Shown here: positions 1-7,411 of the stretch, piece after piece | Position numbering within the stretch: position 1 is the first letter of the stretch | Layout: each line of letters opens with the position of its first letter | Assembly: GCA_964518755.1 (NCBI GenBank) | Contig: CAZFHH010000001.1 | Span: 1 to 61,916 of the forward strand | Reading direction: 5' to 3' | Source: an uncultured Candidatus Saccharibacteria bacterium | GTDB lineage: Bacteria; Patescibacteriota; Minisyncoccia; Phycocordibacterales; Phycocordibacteraceae | Length of the DNA: 61,916 bases | Notes under the pieces: model-generated | Databases searched by the model: none | The model's input: the letters and a program-made list of their open reading frames with translations, nothing else | Told to the model about the DNA's origin: nothing | Position numbers and translations under genes: made by a program

Positions 1-393
1 AGGGAGCTGGGGGTACCCGAAATTCCACCTCGTGTGGAACTACGGTAAATTCAGTAACAAGGACTAAGTCGTAGGTGCAATCTGCACTCATGTTGCGACT
101 CTTAGCGAGCAATCGCTTTGCACAAACTTGGCTATATGCTGGAACGTCTGTGTATCCTGCGCTACGAGGTATATACTTAAATGATATGCCCGTGAAAATG
201 CGTCAGGTGCAGAAAATCAGCAGGGAAGTCCGCTGCGTGGAAACGCATGACCCCTCAGAGACTACACGCCGAGCTCCACAAAAATTACTTAGTAAGTTTT
301 GTGGATGAAGATATAGTCCATGCCTCATGGCGACATGGGGGTGCACATGAACAAGGCACGGCTAGCGGAAGCTGGTCGTGGATCATATCCAAA
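1..393 (+). rRNA. rrs: 16S rRNA gene, 3'-terminal part (truncated by window start), interrupted by an intervening sequence
   Basis: nt 2-21 GGGAGCTGGGGGTACCCGAA matches the conserved 5' strand of helix 44 (E. coli ~1415 onward). nt 44-62 GGTAAATTCAGTAACAAGG resembles E. coli GGUGAAGUCGUAACAAGG (to 1505). nt 357-380 CACGGCTAGC-GGAA-GCTGGTCGTG folds as a fully paired 10-bp helix 45 with the universal GGAA loop. It is followed by GGATCATATCCAAA, which aligns position by position with GGAUCACCUCCUUA. The small ORFs here (75..308, 247..525, 285..578) look spurious. Confidence 0.65.
63..356 (+). other. 294-nt intervening sequence inside the 16S gene; junction is ambiguous within the 7-nt direct repeat AACAAGG (56-62 and 350-356)
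   Basis: This stretch lies between the GTAACAAGG landmark and helix 45, where E. coli 16S is contiguous. It has no credible ORF. It is rich in tetraloop hairpins: AGCGA-GCAA-TCGCT (104-117), TGCGT-GGAA-ACGCA (234-247) and CCACAAAA...TTTTGTGG (276-304). Confidence 0.55.
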
Positions 394-564
394 TGGAATG
401 GGCTATTCTCGAAAGGGATAGCATTGTCGATCTGTGTACTTCGGTACGCAGGGGAGATAGCACTGTCCCTAAACTGTGCTCGGATGCCGGAGAGCGATAC
501 CGGTATCGTGAGGGGGATCATATGACCCTCCCACGATGAATAGGCGGAACGCAAGAGAACACAT

Positions 565-608
565 CGTAATAACCCCATAACTCATAAATGAGTTATGGGG
601 TTATTACG
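565..608 (+). terminator. Long perfect hairpin between the 16S 3' region and tRNA-Ile (terminator or processing stem)
   Basis: CGTAATAACCCCATAACTCAT / ATGAGTTATGGGGTTATTACG form 21-nt perfect inverted arms, followed by TT. Confidence 0.5.
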
Positions 609-716
609 TTACCTATATATTTAGGAATGCGTCTCGTGTTTGGCAAATAACTGGAAACTGGTGCCGATATCTGTTACTATCGCATTATACGCATTGTGTG
701 GGCGTGTGTAATAAAT

Positions 717-791
717 GCGAGTGTAGCTCAGATTGGTTAGAGCACTCCCCTGATAAGGGAGAGGTCCCAGGTTCGAGTCCTGGCACTCGCA
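717..791 (+). tRNA. tRNA-Ile (anticodon GAU), CCA not encoded
   Basis: Full cloverleaf: acceptor GCGAGTG/CACTCGC, D stem GCTC/GAGC, anticodon stem CTCCC/GGGAG with loop CTGATAA (GAT), T arm CCAGG-TTCGAGT-CCTGG, discriminator A. Confidence 0.93.
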
Positions 792-950
792 CAAAAACAA
801 GGAGTATGGTGCGGAGCATCATGGCGACTATGTTTTTATGGTGAGTACCGGGGTTCGAACCGAAGCCGCCGCGAAGCCCGACGAAACAAAGCCCCTACCC
901 GTCGCCTCCGGCGGGGCGGGGCAAGCGCTATTTCAGCACTATTCAAAACC

Positions 951-2732
951 ATGAACAATCAACCAATAAAAACAAAACAAAAAGCGTGGAGAATATTATT
1001 TAAGCACTTGGAAGGGCACAGGCCACTGATTATCAAGCTTGCTTTTTTGGGAGTAATCTCCGCGCTTGCAAACGGTGCCGTCCCTTATATTGTCGGTTCT
1101 TTTCTTGATGCCATTTTACACTTTTCAAAAACGGTAACTTTTTGGAATATAACCATTCCCGTGTGGCTTGCAATATTGCTTGTGTGGATTTTTGTGCAAC
1201 TTGTGGCAAATATCTCGGATTGGATTCTTGAACGAAGGGGTAGGATATTGCTGCCGCGTGTTGAGATTGCTTATCAATGTGATGCGCTTACGCATCTGCT
1301 TTTTGTTCCGCTTTCTTTTCATAAAAACGAAAAAATTGGTGCGTTGTCCGACCTCATATCAAGAACCAGTTGGCAAATGGCGTCAATAACAGAAAATATT
1401 CTTGTTAACCTTAGCCCGCCGATATTGAGTGTAGTTGTGGGTATTGTGGTAACTCTTTTTATCAATCCGATTTTTACTTTAATTCTTGTAGCTGGAGTGC
1501 TGATTTATATTGCGATATTGATACGACTCCTTGCTCCAACCACACACCTTCTTAAAGAAGGACATTCGGCATGGACAAATGCTTATGCGGACGCTTTCCA
1601 AGCCGTTTCAAATATTCAATCGGTAAAGCATATGGCTGCCGAGCAGTATGAAGAGAAAAAGAACAAGCAAAGTTTTTTTGGACACACAATAAAGATCTGG
1701 GACAAAATAGAGATTGTCTGGAGCAATATAAATTTCTACCAAAGAATGATTATATTGGTAACGCAAGCGGTGATATTTTTTCTCGCGGTTTATTTTATTC
1801 GGGAAGGAAGCCTCACTATCGGTGGGTTGGTGGCGCTCAATGGATACGCGGCGATGCTGTTTGGCCCATTTGTTTTGCTCGGACATAATTGGCAAACACT
1901 CCAAAACGGGTTGGTCAATATACAACGAACGGAAGAAAAAATATTTGATGCCCCGCATGAAATATATCATCCTAAAAATGCATATTCACCGGCAAAAATT
2001 AACGGAGAAGTTGAGTTTGACAATGTATCTTTCGGATATGATAAGTCAACGGAGGTGTTGCATAATTTAACTTTTAAAGTTCGCCAAGGAGAGCGAGTGG
2101 CGCTTGTCGGTAAATCGGGCGTTGGAAAAAGCACAATCATTGACCTCATCCCCGGATATTATTTTCCGACTGAGGGCGCAATATTGGTGGATGGGCATGA
2201 TACCAGACAATTTGATTTGCCGGCGCTTCGCCGTGGCATCGCTACCGTTTCGCAAGAACCGGTACTTTTCAATGACACGATTATGATGAATATTCGCTAT
2301 GGGAGGATTGATGCGACAGATGAAGAGGTGATTGAAGCGGCGAAAAAAGCACACGCACATGATTTCATTGAAGATCTTCCAATGAAATATGAACAATTGG
2401 TGGGGGAGCGGGGGATTAAATTATCCGTCGGACAAAAACAACGCATTGCCATTGCGCGCGCGATTTTGCGTGACCCTAAAATTCTCATCCTTGACGAGCC
2501 GACAAGCGCACTTGATGCGCACACGGAAAAAATGATCTCGGAATCGTTTGAGGAGCTTATGAAAGGGAGGACCACGCTCATCGCCGCTCACCGTTTAAGC
2601 ACTATAAGAAAAGTTGATAGAATTTTTGTGCTTGAAAAAGGAAAGATTGTGGAAGAAGGAAAACACGAAGACCTTATCAAAAAAGAGGGAGGGATTTATA
2701 AAAGTTTGAATGAATATCAGTCTGGGTTTTAG
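951..2732 (+). CDS. ABC exporter, fused permease + ATP-binding protein (MsbA/multidrug-type)
   Basis: 593 aa. The N-terminal half is hydrophobic and multi-helix. The C-terminal NBD has Walker A GKSGVGKST, signature LSVGQKQR and Walker B ILILDEPTS. Confidence 0.85.
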   Translation: MNNQPIKTKQKAWRILFKHLEGHRPLIIKLAFLGVISALANGAVPYIVGSFLDAILHFSKTVTFWNITIPVWLAILLVWIFVQLVANISDWILERRGRILLPRVEIAYQCDALTHLLFVPLSFHKNEKIGALSDLISRTSWQMASITENILVNLSPPILSVVVGIVVTLFINPIFTLILVAGVLIYIAILIRLLAPTTHLLKEGHSAWTNAYADAFQAVSNIQSVKHMAAEQYEEKKNKQSFFGHTIKIWDKIEIVWSNINFYQRMIILVTQAVIFFLAVYFIREGSLTIGGLVALNGYAAMLFGPFVLLGHNWQTLQNGLVNIQRTEEKIFDAPHEIYHPKNAYSPAKINGEVEFDNVSFGYDKSTEVLHNLTFKVRQGERVALVGKSGVGKSTIIDLIPGYYFPTEGAILVDGHDTRQFDLPALRRGIATVSQEPVLFNDTIMMNIRYGRIDATDEEVIEAAKKAHAHDFIEDLPMKYEQLVGERGIKLSVGQKQRIAIARAILRDPKILILDEPTSALDAHTEKMISESFEELMKGRTTLIAAHRLSTIRKVDRIFVLEKGKIVEEGKHEDLIKKEGGIYKSLNEYQSGF

Positions 2733-2739
2733 CGCGCCC

Positions 2740-2774
2740 CCCCGCCCAGCGCGCCTTCGGCGCGCTGGGCGGGG
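2740..2774 (+). terminator. GC-rich hairpin terminator after the ABC exporter
   Basis: CCCCGCCCAGCGCGCC / GGCGCGCTGGGCGGGG form 16-bp perfect arms, 8 nt after the stop codon. Confidence 0.6.
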
Positions 2775-2905
2775 CTACTAAAGCCCATCTCACAATAGCC
2801 AAATTATCGTAATATCGGCTGTTGTTATTGCCTTCTTGTGGTAGTATCATATTGATACGAGTGTGCAGTGTCGTTATTTCACCAAATTATTTTTATACAA
2901 AATAT

Positions 2906-4348
2906 ATGACTTCAGAAAAACCACCAACAAATCCTCCGGACAACGATCCATCGAACAATCCGGAGATTGGTCCCGTATCTGCAAACAAAGATGAAAGAAT
3001 TGAGGCCGGGAGATTTGAAAGAACAGCTTCATGTATGGATTCCGGGGTTGTAGATTCTTTTATGGAAATGACAGAGCGCGGGAAGGAAATTATCGGAGAC
3101 GCATATGGAAAATTATATGATGTGCCGATTGTGAACCGCGCGGTTGGAAAAATGGGAATCGCATTTAAATCCTTTTGGTTGGATAGGCACGAAAAGAAAG
3201 CGGCAAAAGAAAAAAGTAAAATGGACGGGTTTGATATGGCAACATCCGCACTTGAGCAGTCCGGTGATGATCTAAAAGCGGTGATTGAAGATCTAAAACA
3301 GCAAAATATGCCCGGCAGGGAGGCGTTACAACTAAAGCTGAAAGTTCTGGAACGAAAAGAAGCGGAATTGAAAAATAAAAAAGACAGAGTACAGACCAAA
3401 TTTGAAGTGCAGGATAATCAAGTGAAGAGATTCACCAATGAGCGAGATGCCATCGCCGACAAGCTCATTGGTCGTTATGAGGATAAACTCGCCCTGCTTG
3501 AAAATGTGCTTGATGGATTCCAGCGCAATAGAGACAAAATAGAATCGGAATTTGCCGCATTAGACTTGCGCGCCAAGGAAACGGAGGCTTATATAAACGG
3601 ACTTGAGCAACGGAAGAGGAAGAGGGAAGATGGGCTCAACAGAGCCGGGATGAGGAACGTTAAGAATTTCCCTGCGATTGTAGTCTTGAATGATCTAATG
3701 TCCTCACGACGTGCTGCAATACGAATAGAAAGAGAAGCATTGACAAAACGACGTAATGCCATAGAAAAGAAAATTATCAAGGCAGACAATAGAGCGAATT
3801 CATACAGAGACAAGCGAGATGAATTTGTACGTGCCAAGCAAGGGCGCCCGATTGATATGGGAGTTGAAACGCGAAGCAGGGAAAGAGACGCCGGAGCGGA
3901 CGAAGACATTTCATCTCGTTCGCGTCCGGAACAGTCGGGAGCTGAAGAGGCGGAGGCGCAAGAAGCAAATGAAGAGAGCATCGAACAACCGGATGCTGAT
4001 AATACGGAAGGGGCACCAAAGAGCGATGAATCCGAAGCCGTGGAAGCCACTGGCGTAGAGGCGCCCAGCGTAGAGGTACAAGAAACAGGAGGAACGCGCC
4101 CGGATGTTTCGTCGTATGTTTCCGGGTGGAATGAGTATTTGCAAAATAAATATGGGAAGGATAATTCTCCGGAGCTTGTGGATATGGAATACCTCTTTGC
4201 AAAAACCGGTTTAATTGGCGAAGACAACATGCGCGTGGAAGATCTTAAACAGATGCTGGATGAACTCTATGCGCATGATAAAATTCCAACGAAATCATTT
4301 GAGAGCGATTTTGATGATTTCATAAAAAATTATGCACCAAACAAATAA
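2906..4348 (+). CDS. Hypothetical coiled-coil protein (P/N-rich N-terminus, K/E/R-rich coiled coil, acidic C-terminal third)
   Basis: Long ORF. I use the first ATG at 2906 (MTSEKPPTNPP...); the ORF track starts at an upstream TTG at 2822. No family recognised. Confidence 0.6.
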   Translation: MTSEKPPTNPPDNDPSNNPEIGPVSANKDERIEAGRFERTASCMDSGVVDSFMEMTERGKEIIGDAYGKLYDVPIVNRAVGKMGIAFKSFWLDRHEKKAAKEKSKMDGFDMATSALEQSGDDLKAVIEDLKQQNMPGREALQLKLKVLERKEAELKNKKDRVQTKFEVQDNQVKRFTNERDAIADKLIGRYEDKLALLENVLDGFQRNRDKIESEFAALDLRAKETEAYINGLEQRKRKREDGLNRAGMRNVKNFPAIVVLNDLMSSRRAAIRIEREALTKRRNAIEKKIIKADNRANSYRDKRDEFVRAKQGRPIDMGVETRSRERDAGADEDISSRSRPEQSGAEEAEAQEANEESIEQPDADNTEGAPKSDESEAVEATGVEAPSVEVQETGGTRPDVSSYVSGWNEYLQNKYGKDNSPELVDMEYLFAKTGLIGEDNMRVEDLKQMLDELYAHDKIPTKSFESDFDDFIKNYAPNK

Positions 4349-4357
4349 TATAAAAAT

Positions 4358-4651
4358 ATGAATGATGACCAAAATAAAAAAGATGTGCAAAAAATAACCG
4401 ATGACCTAGATGCTCTTGTTGAAGAGGCAAAGCAATTTGCTACAGGTATGGATGAAGATAATAAGCGCACGAATGAAACGTTTGATGAGATAGAGGCGGA
4501 CGTGGACAAGTCGGTGCGGGAAGTAGATGAAATCACTGCTGACCTTGACAGCGCCGAGAAGGAGGCGGGTGAGGAAATTGATAAGCTACTCATCAACCGG
4601 GCCGAGGAGGTTGCCACTTTGGAGAAGGAGGACAAGAATGAGGGCGTATAA
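4358..4651 (+). CDS. Hypothetical small acidic coiled-coil protein
   Basis: 97 aa, D/E-rich. It starts 9 nt after the preceding stop, so co-transcription is likely. Confidence 0.5.
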   Translation: MNDDQNKKDVQKITDDLDALVEEAKQFATGMDEDNKRTNETFDEIEADVDKSVREVDEITADLDSAEKEAGEEIDKLLINRAEEVATLEKEDKNEGV

Positions 4652-4750
4652 AATACCTGCCGATTTTATACCAATGGTAATTACATCGTTATCCACATCA
4701 CCCACTTTTTATTTCCACATAATGTGTAGAGCCTGTTATACTAAAATTAT

Positions 4751-5269
4751 ATGAGAGACACTCTTATATTAATCGGTATAACCATTGTCGGACTTACCGT
4801 CGCCGGAGTATTTTTGTTGTTTGGGCTCAATCAGAAGCATGCGGTTGCCCCAACCACCACGGCACAGTCCGAGGTTTCTATGCAGTTGCCGGCAAGGGTG
4901 CTTGCCAGCGGCACAGTCGCCCCCATTGATTCTCGCGTTAATTACCTCATACAAAATAAGAGTAAGCTACATCAGCTGTGGGAGCTCATTTACGGTACAC
5001 CAATGCCGGCAGTTCCATCCGTTGATTTTTCAAAATATGATGTCGCGGCTGTATTTGCCGGATTACAACCGACAACCGGATACAGCATTTCAATATTTGG
5101 CATAAAAACCACTCCCAAAAAAGAAGTGGCGGTTATAACAATCACGCGTCCGGGTCCCGCTTGTGCGGTTACAAAAAAGCGAACCAGCCCCTATGCTATT
5201 GTGTTAATCCCGAACTCACCGTTGCCACTTACACATACCGACGTTATCAAAACAGATTTTTGTAAATAG
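4751..5269 (+). CDS. Membrane-anchored hypothetical protein (possible PrcB_C-like beta domain)
   Basis: 172 aa. N-terminal TM helix LILIGITIVGLTVAGVFLLFGL. The C-terminal segment ...GLQPTTGYSISIFGI... is reminiscent of PrcB C-terminal domains. The family call is tentative. Confidence 0.45.
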   Translation: MRDTLILIGITIVGLTVAGVFLLFGLNQKHAVAPTTTAQSEVSMQLPARVLASGTVAPIDSRVNYLIQNKSKLHQLWELIYGTPMPAVPSVDFSKYDVAAVFAGLQPTTGYSISIFGIKTTPKKEVAVITITRPGPACAVTKKRTSPYAIVLIPNSPLPLTHTDVIKTDFCK

Positions 5270-5317
5270 TGCTATTGTCGCAGTATTTTGGTACTCTTGC
5301 GTGCATTGGTGTAGGAT

Positions 5318-6649
5318 ATGTGTATGGAGTTAACGAAGCATTCTTTTGGTGGTATGCGCATTACAGTCATGGGGCTTGGGTTGCTTGGGCGTGGTGTTGG
5401 CGATGTGCATTTTTTAGCACGCACGGGTGCGGAACTTATTGTTACTGATTTGAAATCACAAGCAGAGCTTGAAGAATCACTTACACAGCTAATAGATTTT
5501 CCTAAGATACAATTTGTACTCGGTGAACACCGTCTTGAAGATTTTCGTAATCGCGACATGGTATTGAAGGCCGCCGGCGTGCCTCTTGATTCACCGTATA
5601 TAGAAGAGGCTAGAAAAGAGGGAATACCGGTGCGCATGAGCGCGGATCTGTTTGCACAGATAGCGCGTGTACCGGTAATAGGTATCACCGGTACACGCGG
5701 AAAATCAACTGTCACTTATATGGTGCACTCTATTTTAGAGCGCGCCGGAAAACCGGTTGTGCTTGGTGGCAATGTTCGCGGTGTTTCCACCCTCTCCCTT
5801 CTTGACGAGGTGACTCCTACACACACGGCGATACTTGAGCTTGATTCATGGCAGTGTCAGGGATTCGGCGAAGCACATATGAGCCCTCATATTGCAGTTT
5901 TTACAACTTTCTTTCCCGACCATCTTGGATATTACAAAAATAATCTTGATAGATATCTTGCTGACAAAGCGCAGATCTTTCTTAATCAAACGAAAGAGGA
6001 TATTTTAATTCTTGGGCAACAGGCTGCGGATATCGTGCAGGAAAAATATGGCAATCATATTATGGCAAAAGTGGTGGTTGCGGAAGAAGACATTTCCAGT
6101 GATTGGCAATTACTCATTCCCGGGAAACACAACAGATACGATGCGTCGTTGGCGCGCGCTACCGCGCGCGCACTCAGCATTGATGACGACATCATTCGTC
6201 ACGCGCTTGAGAATTTCTCCGGAGTTCCGGGCCGTCTTGAGTTTATTGGAGAAAAAAGAGGAATACGATTTTATAATGACACCACAGCGACAACTCCCGA
6301 GGCAACCATCGCCGCACTTACCGCACTTGATAGTGGAAAGAAAAATATCATTCTCATTATGGGTGGAGCTGACAAGGGACTTTCAATGGGCGTGCTCCTT
6401 GCGGAAATGGAAAAACGAGTAAAACATATTATATTGCTTTCGGGAACCGGCACAGACACTATACGTAATAAACTTTCCACAGCTCAAGCGTACACAAGCC
6501 TATCCGATGCAATGAATGACGCACTTGCGCATGCCACAGCCAATGACATCATATTATTTTCTCCCGCATTTGCATCTTTTGGTATGTTCAAGAATGAGTT
6601 TGACAGAGGTGACCAATTTGTAAAATTAGCACAAGGGAAACTCGCATGA
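5318..6649 (+). CDS. murD: UDP-N-acetylmuramoylalanine--D-glutamate ligase
   Basis: 443 aa. N-terminal Rossmann MGLGLLGRG, ATP loop GITGTRGKST, C-terminal SPAFASFGMFKNEFDRG typical of MurD. Confidence 0.9.
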   Translation: MCMELTKHSFGGMRITVMGLGLLGRGVGDVHFLARTGAELIVTDLKSQAELEESLTQLIDFPKIQFVLGEHRLEDFRNRDMVLKAAGVPLDSPYIEEARKEGIPVRMSADLFAQIARVPVIGITGTRGKSTVTYMVHSILERAGKPVVLGGNVRGVSTLSLLDEVTPTHTAILELDSWQCQGFGEAHMSPHIAVFTTFFPDHLGYYKNNLDRYLADKAQIFLNQTKEDILILGQQAADIVQEKYGNHIMAKVVVAEEDISSDWQLLIPGKHNRYDASLARATARALSIDDDIIRHALENFSGVPGRLEFIGEKRGIRFYNDTTATTPEATIAALTALDSGKKNIILIMGGADKGLSMGVLLAEMEKRVKHIILLSGTGTDTIRNKLSTAQAYTSLSDAMNDALAHATANDIILFSPAFASFGMFKNEFDRGDQFVKLAQGKLA

Positions 6650-7407
6650 TTGGAGTTTTTGATTCCGGTTCTGGAGGACTTTCTGTGTTGCATGCCATTC
6701 GCGAGCTTCTTCCGTCTGCAGATGTCATATATTTTGGTGATATAAAGAATGCTCCGTATGGTGAAAAATCACCGGAAGAACTCTCTGCTCTTACTGCATA
6801 CGCCATAAGCTTTTTACAATTACATGGTGTAAAAAACATTGTATCCGCGTGCAACAGCGTGTCAGCATCACTTGCGATGTCTCTTTTAAGAGTATCTGAT
6901 TTTCCCAGTGACAAAATCATCGAAATGGTTGAGCCAACAGTGAACAGTTTTAAGGATAGTGATGAGCGCATTCTTCTGTGCGCAACTCCGGCGACCGTTT
7001 CCTCCGGAATTTATCAAAGCGGTTTTCGTATGATTGGAAAAGAACTTTCCACAATTGCAATTCCTGAACTTGCAGGAGCAATAGAGTTTGGTGCTTCTGA
7101 AAAAGAGATTGAGCAAATTATTATTCACACATTCATGGGTGTTCCGACAGAGGCATTTGACACGCTCGTGCTTGGATGTACGCACTATCCACTTGTAACC
7201 AATATCTTTGCAAGAGTGCTTGGAAACTCGGTGAGTATTGTTAATCCGTCCGGGTCGGTAGCTTCGCGCGTGAGTGAGCAATTTTTGCCGGCGGAAAACG
7301 AGAGGGGCATGATACGCTTCTTTATCACAAAAGAATCCGCCCAATTTCGTGCCAGGGTTGCCACGTTATTTCCAGAAAGCGCAAACGCAATTGAAGTGTT
7401 AGAGTAG
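6646..7407 (+). CDS. murI: Glutamate racemase
   Basis: 253 aa. Motifs IGVFDSGSGGLSVL, SACNSVSA and LGCTHYPL. The start overlaps the murD stop (ATGA). Confidence 0.9.
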   Translation: MIGVFDSGSGGLSVLHAIRELLPSADVIYFGDIKNAPYGEKSPEELSALTAYAISFLQLHGVKNIVSACNSVSASLAMSLLRVSDFPSDKIIEMVEPTVNSFKDSDERILLCATPATVSSGIYQSGFRMIGKELSTIAIPELAGAIEFGASEKEIEQIIIHTFMGVPTEAFDTLVLGCTHYPLVTNIFARVLGNSVSIVNPSGSVASRVSEQFLPAENERGMIRFFITKESAQFRARVATLFPESANAIEVLE

Positions 7408-7411
7408 ATGA

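Noticed and set aside
190-260. Resemblance of GTCAGGTGCAGAAAATCAGCAGGGAAGTCCGC to the SRP RNA domain IV motif or the RNase P P4 (GGAAAGUCCGG) motif
   Set aside because: The required complementary strands are not present in the correct order: closure of SRP helix 8, and the RNase P ACAGAA-CCGGCUUA 3' strand. The 16S-plus-insert interpretation explains the flanks much better.
515-531. A second GGATCATAT followed by CCCTCC, as the true 16S 3' end with a canonical anti-SD
   Set aside because: It is 135 nt beyond helix 45 and sits inside its own GAGGG/CCCTC hairpin. The tail directly after helix 45 aligns position by position with the E. coli tail. It is kept only as a caveat in the anti-SD finding.
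75-578. ORFs 75..308(+), 247..525(+) and 285..578(-) as protein-coding genes
   Set aside because: They lie within the 16S rRNA 3' region, its insert and the structured spacer. They have no family resemblance, overlap one another in different frames, and the region is better explained as RNA.
838-875. GGTTCGAACC-containing stretch (minus strand reads ...GGTTCGAACCCCGGTACTCACCA) as a tRNA or a tRNA 3'-end att remnant
   Set aside because: No 5-bp T stem, D arm or anticodon arm can be folded on either strand. It is possibly a very degraded fragment, but that is not supportable.
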